Source: an uncultured delta proteobacterium
GTDB lineage: Bacteria > Desulfobacterota > BSN033 > UBA1163
Direction of reading: 5' to 3'
Assembly: GCA_963827685.1 (NCBI GenBank)
Contig: CAWHBU010000002.1
Span: forward strand, 256,001-320,000
DNA length: 64,000 bases
Below are positions 1 to 10,300 of the stretch, one piece after another. The notes under the pieces are model-generated. The model was not told the DNA's origin. It saw nothing but the letters and a program-made list of their open reading frames with translations, and did not search any database. The position numbers and the translations under genes were made by a program. Positions within the stretch are counted from its first letter, which is position 1; every line of letters starts with the position of its first letter.

Positions 1-2
1 GA

Positions 3-668
3 ATAATTACCGAGGATATCAAGAGGATCGAATTGGTTCAGAATAGCCTTCTCAATTATATTCGGATCAACACCCCTATTATAAAAAGAAATACCGTAAA
101 CACCCTCATCGAAGAGGAGCTAAAGAAATATCAAGTTGAGGTGGAAGAAAAAAAGATTAGGTTATTTAAGACACTTGAAAAGAATCTCCCTGAAACCGCT
201 GTTCCTGATGACCAGCTAAGGTATATTTTGAGCTGTGTTCTGCAGTATGTAATGGCCTTGATTCCTACCAACGGGAATTTAGGGTTATTTACCAAATACT
301 TTGCTCTTCGGAAGGAAATAGGTGAAGATCAGGAAGGGAGGTTTATTGAGATCTTAATGGTTTATACGGGTTATAAGAAACCGATGGACCAACTTGGATC
401 GCCATTGGGAATTTCCGGTCATCAAAAAGAAAGGATTTTGGATCTTGCTTTAAGGCTGGTTGATGAGATTGTACAAAGAAACCGTGGAATGATGAAATTC
501 GAGGAGGATGAAAAGAAGACAAAGACTAGTGTCTCCTTGAGATTCCCCGTGGAAAGAAGAAAAGTGGTCTATTATCAGCAGCCAAGCGAATTAGCTTCAA
601 ACCTGCATGAATCTAAGAGCACCTTCGAGAAACTTTCATCCCTTGAGGAGATGAAAAAGGGGGGTTAA
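3..668 (+). CDS. 5'-partial degenerate histidine-kinase-like (HATPase-like) protein
   Basis: Frame is open to the window edge (IITEDIKRIEL...). The C-terminus loosely resembles HATPase boxes (LALRLVDEIVQRNRGMM...VSLRFP) but lacks canonical G boxes. Confidence 0.45.
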   Translation: MITEDIKRIELVQNSLLNYIRINTPIIKRNTVNTLIEEELKKYQVEVEEKKIRLFKTLEKNLPETAVPDDQLRYILSCVLQYVMALIPTNGNLGLFTKYFALRKEIGEDQEGRFIEILMVYTGYKKPMDQLGSPLGISGHQKERILDLALRLVDEIVQRNRGMMKFEEDEKKTKTSVSLRFPVERRKVVYYQQPSELASNLHESKSTFEKLSSLEEMKKGG

Positions 669-719
669 CCCCCCTTCAATACCTTCCCCCCATTTTTGCT
701 TTAGGTTAACAACTTTTGT

Positions 720-751
720 GCCTTCGAAATGCTTTTTCGAGGGCTTTTTTT
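720..751 (+). terminator. Intrinsic terminator
   Basis: GCCTTCGAAA-loop-TTTCGAGGGC hairpin followed by a T-run. Confidence 0.6.
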
Positions 752-833
752 ATCTTTTTTTTTGCATCCATTGGTATTTTGAGGTATCTTTTCTGCTAAA
801 GAAGATAATGGTTCGAAGGGACACGTAAGATTA

Positions 834-1853
834 ATGAAAGTATTGGCGATTGAGACGTCTTGTGATGATACAGGGGCGGCTGTCGTTTTGGATGGGAGGA
901 GGATTCTCTCTAATATCGTTTCTTCTCAAGTTTCGATCCATCAGAAATATGGGGGGGTTGTTCCAGAACTGGCCTCAAGAAGACATATCGAATCGATTGT
1001 GCCCATTGTGACAGAGGCATTGGAAAGAGCTAAAGTTAGTTTAAAAGAAATCGACGGCATTGCCGTGACCCAGGGCCCGGGCCTGGTGGGATCCCTGTTG
1101 GTCGGCCTCTCCTTCGCAAAATCCATAGCGTTTGCCACAGGATTACCATTCATCGGAGTCAATCACATCGAGGCGCATCTTTCAGCGATTTTTCTCGAAG
1201 AGAAACCCCCAAGATTTCCTTTCATTGGATTGGTCGTCTCCGGAGGCCACACCTCTCTTTTTCGTATGGATGGCTTTGGAAAATATCAACCGTTGGGACA
1301 GACTCGAGATGATGCAGCAGGGGAGGCCTTTGACAAGGTGGCAAAGCTTTTAGGCCTGGGATATCCGGGCGGACCGATCATTGATGAACTCTCAAAAACA
1401 GGGAACCCTAAAGCGATTCGATTCCCGAGGCCTGTCCTCTCAAAGAATTCTTTCGATTTCAGTTTCAGTGGGCTGAAGACGGCTGTCGTCAATTATGTAA
1501 AGGCGCATCCTGAACCCCAAAAGGGTTATTCAAATGATCTCATCAAAGACATTGTCTCCAGTTTTCAAGAGGCCGTCGTCGAGGTATTGGTGAAAAAAAC
1601 AGTTCACGCCGCTCAACACCAGGGACTGAAAAGGATTGTCCTTTCAGGAGGGGTGGCAGCTAATCAACGCCTTCGGCAGAGGATGAAGGAAGAGGCCGGC
1701 GAACATAAATTGAAAGTCTATATTCCTTCCCCTTCTTTTTGCACAGACAATGCCGCGATGGTTGGGGTGGCTGGATATGAATATTTAAAACGAGGGATTC
1801 GATCACCGTACTCTCTGAATGCATTTTCAAATTTACCTCTAGATGGAACGTAG
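834..1853 (+). CDS. tsaD: tRNA N6-adenosine threonylcarbamoyltransferase TsaD
   Basis: IETSCDDT, GGVVPELASRRH, HIEAH, SGGHT, DDAAGEAFDK and TDNAAM motifs. Confidence 0.97.
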   Translation: MKVLAIETSCDDTGAAVVLDGRRILSNIVSSQVSIHQKYGGVVPELASRRHIESIVPIVTEALERAKVSLKEIDGIAVTQGPGLVGSLLVGLSFAKSIAFATGLPFIGVNHIEAHLSAIFLEEKPPRFPFIGLVVSGGHTSLFRMDGFGKYQPLGQTRDDAAGEAFDKVAKLLGLGYPGGPIIDELSKTGNPKAIRFPRPVLSKNSFDFSFSGLKTAVVNYVKAHPEPQKGYSNDLIKDIVSSFQEAVVEVLVKKTVHAAQHQGLKRIVLSGGVAANQRLRQRMKEEAGEHKLKVYIPSPSFCTDNAAMVGVAGYEYLKRGIRSPYSLNAFSNLPLDGT

Positions 1854-1950
1854 AGAGTGGAGAGTGGAAGGTCGTTATTTTTTCCAACTTTTCACGTTCT
1901 ACTTTCCACCCTCTGAACGAATACGGACACGCGACACGGTCACGGTCACG
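1844..1950. repeat. Inverted 7-bp-period array pair plus 6-bp-period array
   Basis: TGGAACG TAGAGAG TGGAGAG TGGAAGG (1844-1871) versus CTTTTCA CGTTCTA CTTTCCA CCCTCTG (1888-1915), then GACACG/GTCACG units (1923-1950). Confidence 0.7.
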
Positions 1951-1966
1951 TTTTTTGAGTGGACCT

Positions 1967-2794
1967 ATGGCATCCATACGAAAAGAATTAGCGGAATATG
2001 GTCTATTCCCCAAGAAAAGACTGGGGCAGCATTTCCTTGTTGATCCAAATATCTTAAATAAAGTGATCCGAACCTCCCGGGTTGGAAGAGAGGATGTGGT
2101 TCTTGAGGTGGGCCCTGGTCTTGGAGATATGACTCTTGCCCTTGCTCGGTTGGCTAAACAGGTGATCGCCGTTGAGATCGACCCGAAATTGGTGACGATA
2201 CTAAGAAAAAAGATGGAAGATCTTCCGAACGTGGAGGTGATTAGAAGTGATATTTTGAAGTTGGACTTCAATCACTTGTTTAAGAGGGAAGGACAACCGA
2301 TTAAAGTGGTGGCCAATCTGCCCTACCAGATCTCGACACCTCTTCTCTTCCGCTTCATTGAATCAAAGGACGCGTTTTCTACATTCACTTTAATGCTTCA
2401 AAAAGAGGTTGCAGAGAGGATGGTAGCTCCTCCAGGTCGAAAAGAATATGGTCCGTTGTCGATCTTCATACAAATGTTTTTAGATGTCTCAATCTGTTTC
2501 TTCATCAAACCCTCTGCCTTCTTTCCACCCCCAGGGGTTGAATCAGCCGTGGTTCACATGGTTTGGAAAGAAAAGCCTCTGATCGAAACCAAAGATGAAG
2601 AATGGTTCAAGAGAGTAGTGAAGGCCTGTTTTGGCTACCGAAGAAAGACATTGAGCAATGCCCTGAGACATTCAGAACTTTCTCTCCCCGAACCCATCGG
2701 ATCAAGCATGGAGAAAATTGGAATTGACCCCAAAAGAAGACCAGAAACTCTGACGATCCAGGAATTCGCCAAACTGGCAGAAGTCTTAAAATAA
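1967..2794 (+). CDS. rsmA: 16S rRNA m6,2A dimethyltransferase RsmA/KsgA
   Basis: KRLGQHFL, EVGPGLG, VANLPYQIS, QKEVAER and RRKTL motifs. ATG at 1967 preferred over TTG at 1955. Confidence 0.96.
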   Translation: MASIRKELAEYGLFPKKRLGQHFLVDPNILNKVIRTSRVGREDVVLEVGPGLGDMTLALARLAKQVIAVEIDPKLVTILRKKMEDLPNVEVIRSDILKLDFNHLFKREGQPIKVVANLPYQISTPLLFRFIESKDAFSTFTLMLQKEVAERMVAPPGRKEYGPLSIFIQMFLDVSICFFIKPSAFFPPPGVESAVVHMVWKEKPLIETKDEEWFKRVVKACFGYRRKTLSNALRHSELSLPEPIGSSMEKIGIDPKRRPETLTIQEFAKLAEVLK

Positions 2795-2859
2795 TTAGAA
2801 AATTCTATTTGCAAAACCCCGAGAAGATGATTATTTTTAAGGATAGTTGAACAGGGGGA

Positions 2860-5460
2860 GTGAATAAAATGGACATAGAGAAGTTTACGTTGAAGGCTCA
2901 GGAAGCTTTGCAAGAAGCCAAATCCATCGCAGAGCGAAAGCACCATCAGCAGATAGATGTGGAACACCTTTTGTTGGCCCTCCTTGAACAGAAGGAGGGG
3001 ATTGTCATCCCTATCCTCCAAAAATTAGGGGCAAACCCGGATTTAATCCATTCGCAGTTAGAGAGTGAATTAAACCGGATTCCTCAGGTGACAGGAAAAG
3101 GGGCAGGCCAGGTTTACTTATCCGGCCGGGCCAATGAAATTCTGAACATGGCCTGGAAAGAAGCTGAAGCATTGACGGATGAGTACCTCTCCACAGAGCA
3201 TCTCCTCATCGCCATTGCCGATGAGAAGCAGGGAGCATCTTATCAAATCCTCCAGAGAAACGGGGTGACCAAGGATGCGATTTTCAGGGTGCTCCAGGAA
3301 ATCCGGGGGTCCCAGCGGGTGACCGATCAGAATCCGGAGGACAAATACCAGGCTCTAAAGCGCTACAGCCGGGATCTCACGGAAGAGGCGAGGAAAGGAA
3401 AGCTCGATCCGGTGATCGGGAGAGACGATGAAATCCGAAGGGTGATCCAAGTTCTTTCAAGGAGAACGAAGAACAACCCCGTATTGATTGGCGAGCCAGG
3501 CGTCGGTAAGACAGCCATTGTGGAAGGACTGGCGCAGAGAATCGTTAAAGGTGATGTTCCTGAGACATTGAAAAATAAAAAGCTGGTTGCCTTGGATCTG
3601 GGGGCCATGATTGCAGGGGCCAAATTCAGGGGTGAGTTCGAAGACAGGCTGAAGGCTGTTTTGAAAGAGATTTCCAATGCGGCAGGCAATATCATCCTTT
3701 TCATTGATGAACTTCATACGTTAGTGGGGGCGGGTGCAGCAGAAGGTGCCATTGATGCCTCCAATATGTTGAAGCCCGCCTTGGCTCGTGGGGAACTCCG
3801 GTGTGTGGGTGCCACGACCCTCAATGAATATCGGAAGTATGTGGAGAAGGATGCGGCTTTAGAGCGACGGTTCCAACCGATCTATGTCAACCAGCCCTCC
3901 GTCGAAGATACCATCGCCATTTTAAGGGGATTAAAAGAGCGCTACGAGGTCCATCATGGCGTGAAAATATTGGATTCCGCCATCATTGCTGCCGCCATGC
4001 TTTCACATCGATACATTTCAGACCGCTTCCTTCCCGACAAAGCCGTGGATCTGATTGACGAGGCAGCGTCAAAACTTAGAATTGAGATCGACAGTGTCCC
4101 AATGGAGATCGATGAGGTTCAACGGAAGATAATGCAACTTGAGATTGAACGTCAGGCTCTGAAAAAGGAGAAGGACAAAGCCCCTCTCGAGCGGCTGAAA
4201 AAGCTCGAAAAAGAACTCGCTGATCTGAAAGAGGAAGTCGCCGAAAAGAAAGTCAAGTGGGAGAATGAGAAGAAGTCTATTTCACGGATCCATCAGATCA
4301 AAGAGCAGATCGAAAAAACGAAACAGATGATGAAAGAAGCGGAGCGAGAGGTGAATTATTCAAGATTGGCAGAGCTGCAATATGGGGAGATGGCAAGACT
4401 CGAAAGTGAATTGAAGAAAGAGGAAGAAAAACTTGCCGAACTTCAAAAAAACGAAAAGATGTTAAAAGAAGAAGTGGATGAAGAAGATGTTGCGGAGGTG
4501 GTCTCTAAATGGACCGGAATCCCTGTTTCAAGGATGTTGGAAGGAGAGGTCGAAAAGCTGATCCACATGGAAGAGAGGCTCAAACAGAGGGTAGTGGGTC
4601 AGGACGATGCCATCCTTGCCGTCTCCAACGCGGTGAGAAGGGCAAGGGCGGGATTGCAGGATCCCAATCGGCCCATCGGTTCCTTTATCTTCATGGGCCC
4701 AACCGGTGTTGGAAAGACAGAGCTGGCTCGAGCCCTGGCTGAGTTTCTGTTCGATGATGAACAGGCCATGGTAAGAATCGATATGTCAGAATACATGGAA
4801 AAACACTCTGTGTCCAGATTGATCGGTGCGCCGCCAGGGTATGTTGGATACGAGGAGGGTGGTTTTCTGACTGAGGCGATTCGAAGAAGGCCTTATTCCA
4901 TTGTGCTGATGGATGAGATTGAGAAGGCACACCCAGAAGTGTTCAACGTCCTCTTGCAGATCTTAGACGACGGAAGGCTGACCGACGGTCACGGCCGGAC
5001 CGTTGATTTCAAAAATACAGTGGTGATCATGACTTCCAATATTGGAGGCCAATGGATTACGGACTTAGGTGAGAAAGACTATGAGGAGATGCGGCGTCGA
5101 GTGATGGATGCTGTCAAAGCCCATTTCAAACCAGAATTTTTAAATCGTATTGATGAGTTGATTATCTTCCACAGTCTTGCTTTGGAGCAGATCAAGGCGA
5201 TCGTTGAGATTCAAGTTAAAAAGCTGGAGCAGCGTCTTTTGGAGAAGCGAATACAACTTAAAATGACTGAGAAAGCAAAGGACTGGTTAGCAAGGGAAGG
5301 GTTTGATCCTGCTTATGGAGCTCGGCCACTTAAGCGAGTGATTCAAAAGGAGATTCAGGACAAACTAGCAATGAAGCTATTAGAAGGAAAATTTAAGGAA
5401 GGCAGTACGATCACTGCTGATATGGACGATAGGAAAGGGGAATTAGTATTCAGGGCATAG
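2860..5460 (+). CDS. clpB: ATP-dependent chaperone ClpB
   Basis: Two AAA modules ([16 protein letters not shown]), long middle coiled coil, GAPPGYVGY, 866 aa. Confidence 0.97.
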   Translation: MNKMDIEKFTLKAQEALQEAKSIAERKHHQQIDVEHLLLALLEQKEGIVIPILQKLGANPDLIHSQLESELNRIPQVTGKGAGQVYLSGRANEILNMAWKEAEALTDEYLSTEHLLIAIADEKQGASYQILQRNGVTKDAIFRVLQEIRGSQRVTDQNPEDKYQALKRYSRDLTEEARKGKLDPVIGRDDEIRRVIQVLSRRTKNNPVLIGEPGVGKTAIVEGLAQRIVKGDVPETLKNKKLVALDLGAMIAGAKFRGEFEDRLKAVLKEISNAAGNIILFIDELHTLVGAGAAEGAIDASNMLKPALARGELRCVGATTLNEYRKYVEKDAALERRFQPIYVNQPSVEDTIAILRGLKERYEVHHGVKILDSAIIAAAMLSHRYISDRFLPDKAVDLIDEAASKLRIEIDSVPMEIDEVQRKIMQLEIERQALKKEKDKAPLERLKKLEKELADLKEEVAEKKVKWENEKKSISRIHQIKEQIEKTKQMMKEAEREVNYSRLAELQYGEMARLESELKKEEEKLAELQKNEKMLKEEVDEEDVAEVVSKWTGIPVSRMLEGEVEKLIHMEERLKQRVVGQDDAILAVSNAVRRARAGLQDPNRPIGSFIFMGPTGVGKTELARALAEFLFDDEQAMVRIDMSEYMEKHSVSRLIGAPPGYVGYEEGGFLTEAIRRRPYSIVLMDEIEKAHPEVFNVLLQILDDGRLTDGHGRTVDFKNTVVIMTSNIGGQWITDLGEKDYEEMRRRVMDAVKAHFKPEFLNRIDELIIFHSLALEQIKAIVEIQVKKLEQRLLEKRIQLKMTEKAKDWLAREGFDPAYGARPLKRVIQKEIQDKLAMKLLEGKFKEGSTITADMDDRKGELVFRA

Positions 5461-5567
5461 AGTTGTAACTTAACAATTTTCTTGACAATATTCGAAAAAC
5501 CTGTTATGGATACAACGTTTTTCCAAAGTCTGCCTGCTATGTATAGTGGCAGGCAAAGGAGGCCTGA

Positions 5568-5642
5568 AGGCACGTAGCTCAGGGGGAGAGCGCTACCTTG
5601 ACGCGGTAGAAGTCTGGGGTTCAAATCCCCACGTGCCTACCA
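5568..5642 (+). tRNA. tRNA-Val(GAC)
   Basis: AGGCACG/CGTGCCT acceptor stem, anticodon arm CTACC-TTGACGC-GGTAG, TTCAAATC T-loop, 3' CCA. Confidence 0.95.
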
Positions 5643-5711
5643 TTAAAACCAATTTATTAAAAAGTGAAACATAAGTTATTGAAGAAGCAGACATTTTAAT
5701 GAGAACAAAAC

Positions 5712-5758
5712 GGAGAGGCATCATTCAGATTTATTTTGAGTGATGCCTCTCCATTTTC
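5712..5758 (+). terminator. Strong hairpin/terminator between tRNA-Val and thrS
   Basis: GGAGAGGCATCA...TGATGCCTCTCC perfect 12-bp stem followed by ATTTT. Confidence 0.5.
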
Positions 5759-5781
5759 AATTCAGGTGGACGAACGGAGAG

Positions 5782-7677
5782 ATGGGAGAGCAGGTGATTA
5801 TCACCATGCCCGATGGTGAGAAAAAGCCGATTCCAAAAGGCACGAAACTTAAGGAGTTGATTGGCCAGCGGGATAAAGAAGCCGTCGCGGCGCAAGTGGA
5901 TGGGACCCTCCTTGACCTCAGTAGGACATTGGAGAAAGACGCTGCCATTTCATTCATTTCCATCCATTCAAAAAAAGGGTTGGAGATATTACGCCATTCT
6001 GCTGCTCATGTCATGGCCCAGGCCGTGAAGGAAATCTTTCCAACCGTTAAACTCACCTTTGGTCCTTCCACTGAAAATGGTTTTTATTATGATTTCGATT
6101 ACGATCGAACTTTTACGACTCAAGATCTCGAGATGATTGAAAAAAGAATGTCAGACATTGTTGCGAAGGACGAGCCTTTTATCCGGAAGGAGGTTTCAAA
6201 AGAGGAAGCCATCAAAACATTTCAAGGAATGGGTGAAACCTATAAAATGGAGCACTTGGAAGAACTTCCAGATCATGTTTCTCTCTATCGGCAAGGAAGT
6301 TTCTTAGACCTCTGTGAAGGCCCCCATATCCCTTCGACAGGGAGAATCAAGGCCTTTCGGCTTTTGAATGTTTCGGGAACTTATTGGAGAGGGGACGCTC
6401 GAAATAGGGTCCTCCAAAGAATTTATGGAACTGCATTTCCGGCCAAAGAGGCATTGGAGGAATTTCTCCATATGCTTGAGGAGGCTCGTAGACGGGACCA
6501 CCGAAAACTGGGAAGAGAACTCGATCTCTTTAGCCTTAGCGAAGAAGCCGGCCCAGGTTTGGTGATCTACCATCCCAAAGGCGCTATGCTCCGGACGATC
6601 TTAGAAGATTTTGAAAAGAAGGAGCATCTGAAGCGAGGTTATCAGATCGTCATCGGTCCTCATCTCCTCCGGCTCGATCTTTGGAAACAATCCGGCCATT
6701 TCGAGAATTATAGAGATAAGATGTACTTCACAAAGGTGGAGGATGCAGAATATGGGATTAAACCGATGAATTGTCTCGCCCATATGCTGATCTATAAATC
6801 TCAAATTCGAAGTTATCGAGATCTCCCGATCCGATATTTCGAATTGGGAACGGTGTACCGGCACGAGAAATCCGGGGAACTGCATGGGCTTCTTCGGGTG
6901 AGGGGGTTTACTCAGGACGATGCCCATATCCTCTGCCGGCCTGACCAATTGAATGATGAGATTTGCTCGATCATCGAATTTGTGGATGATGTGATGAGGA
7001 TTTTTGGATTCGAATATGAGATGGAGCTCAGCACCCGACCAGAAAAATCGATTGGCGCAGATGAAGATTGGGAAAGGGCTACCCAAGCCCTTATAAATGC
7101 TCTTAAAACAAAAAGGCTTCCTTATGACGTCAACGAAGGGGAAGGAGCCTTTTATGGTCCGAAGATTGATGTCAAGCTAAAAGATGCACTCAACCGAAGG
7201 TGGCAGTGTGCCACGATTCAGGCGGACTTTGCTATGCCCGAACGATTTGACCTGACCTATGTGGGAAGTGACGGAGAAAAGCACAGACCGGTCATGCTCC
7301 ATCGCGTCATCCTCGGAGCCATGGAGAGGTTTATCGGGGTATTGGTTGAGCACTATGCCGGGGCATTTCCTGTTTGGCTTTCGCCTACCCAGGCCATTCT
7401 GATGACGGTTACAGATCGGCAGATTCCATATGCAGAAGGTGTTTACAAGCAATTGGCCCAAAAGGGAGTGCGAGTCGAGAAGGATTTCCGTAATGAGAAG
7501 TTAGGGTTCAAGATTCGAGAAGCCCAGGTTCAGAAGATTCCCTACATGTTGGTCATCGGAGATCGGGAGGTGAAAGAGGGAACTATTTCTCCTCGAAAAC
7601 GAAGCGGCGAAACTCTAAAGTCAATGTCCGTTGAAGATTTTGTGAAACAGATTGAATCAGAATATCCATCGTTATGA
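5782..7677 (+). CDS. thrS: Threonine--tRNA ligase
   Basis: TGS N-terminus, [28 protein letters not shown] and GAFYGPKID motifs. ATG 5782 follows GGAGAG. Confidence 0.97.
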   Translation: MGEQVIITMPDGEKKPIPKGTKLKELIGQRDKEAVAAQVDGTLLDLSRTLEKDAAISFISIHSKKGLEILRHSAAHVMAQAVKEIFPTVKLTFGPSTENGFYYDFDYDRTFTTQDLEMIEKRMSDIVAKDEPFIRKEVSKEEAIKTFQGMGETYKMEHLEELPDHVSLYRQGSFLDLCEGPHIPSTGRIKAFRLLNVSGTYWRGDARNRVLQRIYGTAFPAKEALEEFLHMLEEARRRDHRKLGRELDLFSLSEEAGPGLVIYHPKGAMLRTILEDFEKKEHLKRGYQIVIGPHLLRLDLWKQSGHFENYRDKMYFTKVEDAEYGIKPMNCLAHMLIYKSQIRSYRDLPIRYFELGTVYRHEKSGELHGLLRVRGFTQDDAHILCRPDQLNDEICSIIEFVDDVMRIFGFEYEMELSTRPEKSIGADEDWERATQALINALKTKRLPYDVNEGEGAFYGPKIDVKLKDALNRRWQCATIQADFAMPERFDLTYVGSDGEKHRPVMLHRVILGAMERFIGVLVEHYAGAFPVWLSPTQAILMTVTDRQIPYAEGVYKQLAQKGVRVEKDFRNEKLGFKIREAQVQKIPYMLVIGDREVKEGTISPRKRSGETLKSMSVEDFVKQIESEYPSL

Positions 7678-7678
7678 T

Positions 7679-7723
7679 AATCCCCCACTTGCCCCCCTTT
7701 AATAAAGGGGGGTGGGGGGGATT
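7679..7723. repeat. REP-like C-run/G-run palindrome
   Basis: AATCCCCC..CCCCCCTTTAATAAAGGGGGG.GGGGGGGATT nested inverted repeat between thrS and infC. Confidence 0.6.
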
Positions 7724-7744
7724 TTAAAAAAGGAGGTGATGTCT

Positions 7745-8269
7745 ATCGCAAGAGATGTTCGAATTAATCGAGAAATTCGAGCGAAGGAAGTGAGGGTCAT
7801 CGACCCCGAAGGGAAGCAATTGGGAATTTTACCAGCGTCAGAGGCGCTTCGTTTAGCCGTTAATTATGAGTTAGACCTGGTAGAGGTTTCTCCGAAATCG
7901 GAACCGCCTGTCTGTCGCATCATGGACTACGGGAAGTTCAAATATCAACAGAGCAAGAAGGCCCATGGAGCAAAAAAGAAACAAGCCGTTGTTCATGTCA
8001 AAGAAGTGAAGATGAGACCGAAGACGGAGGAACATGATTTCCAATTCAAGCTTCGTCACATCGAGCGTTTCTTAAAGGAGGGAAATAAGACCAAGGTGAC
8101 CATTGTTTTTAGAGGAAGGGAGCTGGCCCACCCGGATTTAGGGAAAAACATGCTTGGCAGGGTTACTGAGGAGACAAAGGAGTGGGGAAAAGTTGAGCAG
8201 GCTCCCAAATTTGAAGGAAGAAACTTTATCATGGTCTTAGCTCCTCTCCTGAGTCAAAAAACAACTTAA
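7745..8269 (+). CDS. infC: Translation initiation factor IF-3 (probable ATC start)
   Basis: RINREIR, LDLVEV, PPVCRIMDYGKFKY, KEVKMRP and FRGRE motifs; located between thrS and rpmI. Confidence 0.96.
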   Translation: MARDVRINREIRAKEVRVIDPEGKQLGILPASEALRLAVNYELDLVEVSPKSEPPVCRIMDYGKFKYQQSKKAHGAKKKQAVVHVKEVKMRPKTEEHDFQFKLRHIERFLKEGNKTKVTIVFRGRELAHPDLGKNMLGRVTEETKEWGKVEQAPKFEGRNFIMVLAPLLSQKTT

Positions 8270-8277
8270 GAGATTGA

Positions 8278-8344
8278 TGTCAGTGTCAGTGGTCGGTGTC
8301 AGTTCTTCTTGTCCCTACTAACACTGTTCACAGACACTGTCACT
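8278..8344. repeat. Inverted 6-bp-period array pair
   Basis: TGTCAG TGTCAG TGGTCGG TGTCAG versus CTAACA CTGTTCA CAGACA CTGTCA. Confidence 0.65.
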
Positions 8345-8366
8345 ATTAATTAAAGGAGAAGAACAC

Positions 8367-8564
8367 GTGCCAAAATTGAAGACCAATCGGGGAGCAGCAA
8401 AAAGGTTCAAGAAGACCGGGACAGGAAAGATAAAGGCCAAAAAGGCATTTGCCCGGCACATTCTGACAAAGAAACCGACCAATCGAAAACGAGGTCTCAG
8501 GAGGCCTAAGCTCGTCGAGAGAACGGACTCCAAGGGGATAAAAAAGTTAATACCATATTTATAA
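8367..8564 (+). CDS. rpmI: 50S ribosomal protein L35
   Basis: [21 protein letters not shown]; AAGGAG RBS. Confidence 0.97.
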   Translation: MPKLKTNRGAAKRFKKTGTGKIKAKKAFARHILTKKPTNRKRGLRRPKLVERTDSKGIKKLIPYL

Positions 8565-8566
8565 AA

Positions 8567-8752
8567 TTGTGATTTGTGAGTGGTGAATGGTGAATCGTGA
8601 AAATACAATAAATCAAAAACCTGAATTATAAAACTATTGAACAAAACGGCGAATCACCAGCATCAATCAACAAATTCGTGAGTCGTGAATAGTGAATCGG
8701 GATAATACCTGGATGACGAATCCCCAATTACCAACACGAATCACCAATCACC
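8567..8752. repeat. Alternating 7-bp-period arrays (TNGTGAA / ATCACCA-like)
   Basis: TTGTGAT TTGTGAG TGGTGAA TGGTGAA TCGTGAA; TCGTGAG TCGTGAA TAGTGAA; complementary CACGAAT/CACCAAT units. Confidence 0.7.
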
Positions 8753-8771
8753 CAAAGGAGGATGATCAATC

Positions 8772-9143
8772 ATGCCGAGGGTAAAAGGAGGACCGAAAAC
8801 AAGACAAAGACGAAAGAAGGTCCTGAAAATGGCGAAGGGTTATAGGGGAGGACGAAGCCGGCTCTATCGAACGGCTGTTGATGCGGTCCATCGGGCTTTG
8901 GCTTATGCCTATCGAGACCGAAGGGCCAGGAAAGGAGATTTTAGAAGGCTTTGGATTACTCGCATCAATGCTGCGGCAAGACTTCATGGTCTCTCTTATA
9001 GCCGCTTAATGGAGGCACTGAGGAAGGCTCATATAGAGTTGGATCGCAAGATATTAGCCGATTTGGCTGTGAATGATCCTAACGCTTTTTCCAAAATTGC
9101 CGAGATAGCAAAGACGAAAGTTGTTGCGAGCAAGAAACAATAG
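8772..9143 (+). CDS. rplT: 50S ribosomal protein L20
   Basis: [25 protein letters not shown] and [10 protein letters not shown] motifs. Confidence 0.97.
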   Translation: MPRVKGGPKTRQRRKKVLKMAKGYRGGRSRLYRTAVDAVHRALAYAYRDRRARKGDFRRLWITRINAAARLHGLSYSRLMEALRKAHIELDRKILADLAVNDPNAFSKIAEIAKTKVVASKKQ

Positions 9144-9211
9144 GCGGATATCAGAAGCGAAGCTCTCGGTCCTGAGGACAGGGAGCTTCACAGTCATAAG
9201 GAGTTCCCTCC

Positions 9212-10228
9212 GTGTTAGAGGAATTGGAAAAAATTGAAAAGGAAGCATTGGCTTCCCTATCTGATGCCAAGGCCGAAAACGAGGTCTCCGAAATCCGTGT
9301 GAGGGTTTTGGGAAAGAAAGGGAGCCTAACGCAGGTTCTCAAGCGGCTGGGGACCCTCCCTGAATCAGTTCGTAAAGAGACAGGCAAAAGAGCAAATCAG
9401 ATTAAAGAAGATCTTGAGAAGAGGATTGAAGAAACCCTTCTGAAGATTCAAGAGCGAGAGAGAAGAGAGGGTTTAGAAAAAGAGAGAATCGATGTCACGC
9501 TTCCGGGCAGGCAAATTCCTCTCGGAAAGAAGCATCCTCTCACGCAAACTCTCGAGGAAATTATCGATATTTTCTATCACCTTGGCTTCGAAGTGGTGGA
9601 AGGTCCGGAAGTGGAGCTGGACTACTACAATTTTGAAGCCCTTAATATTCCAAAAGGGCATCCTGCCAGAGAGATGCAGGCTACCTTCTTTATTTCAGAT
9701 GGCGTCGTTTTAAGGACTCATACCTCACCCGTTCAGGTGAGGACGATGGAGAAGAAGCGGCCACCCGTTCGAATGATTTGTCCTGGGGTGGCCTACCGCT
9801 GCGATTCAGACCCCACTCATTCCCCCATGTTCCATCAGGTAGAAGGGCTCTTGGTCGATCAAGGGATTACCTTTGGAGATCTAAAAGGGGTCTTAACCGT
9901 CTTTGTTCACCAGATGTTTGGCAAAGAAACAAAACTCCGATTCCGGCCGAGCTTCTTCCCTTTCACAGAGCCCAGTGCGGAAATTGACATCGAATGTTTC
10001 ATTTGTGGGGGAAAGGGATGCGGGGTCTGTTCCAAAACAGGATGGTTAGAGATCCTGGGATCTGGAATGGTGGACCCGGCGGTTTATAAGTTTGTAAATT
10101 ATGATCCTGAAGAAGTCACCGGCTTTGCATTTGGAATGGGCATCGAACGAATCGCCATGCTCAAGTTTGGAATTAATGATATACGACTCTTCTTCACGAA
10201 TGATTTGAGGTTTTTGAAACAGTTTTAG
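9212..10228 (+). CDS. pheS: Phenylalanine--tRNA ligase alpha subunit
   Basis: [29 protein letters not shown] and [10 protein letters not shown] motifs. Confidence 0.97.
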   Translation: MLEELEKIEKEALASLSDAKAENEVSEIRVRVLGKKGSLTQVLKRLGTLPESVRKETGKRANQIKEDLEKRIEETLLKIQERERREGLEKERIDVTLPGRQIPLGKKHPLTQTLEEIIDIFYHLGFEVVEGPEVELDYYNFEALNIPKGHPAREMQATFFISDGVVLRTHTSPVQVRTMEKKRPPVRMICPGVAYRCDSDPTHSPMFHQVEGLLVDQGITFGDLKGVLTVFVHQMFGKETKLRFRPSFFPFTEPSAEIDIECFICGGKGCGVCSKTGWLEILGSGMVDPAVYKFVNYDPEEVTGFAFGMGIERIAMLKFGINDIRLFFTNDLRFLKQF

Positions 10229-10232
10229 AATG

Positions 10233-10280
10233 CACCCCCACCCACCCCTCCCCCTTCAGGGGGAGGGTGAGGGAGGGGGG
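10233..10280. repeat. REP-like palindrome (CCCCTCCCCCTTCAGGGGGAGGGTGAGGG)
   Basis: Nested C-run/G-run hairpin between pheS and pheT; a related copy lies at 27691-27760. Confidence 0.6.
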
Positions 10281-10300
10281 AAATCCGCAATTGGAGAACC

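Noticed and set aside
5650-5780. T-box riboswitch upstream of thrS
   Set aside because: A strong hairpin is present, but no TGGNACC T-box motif or Stem I was recognisable.
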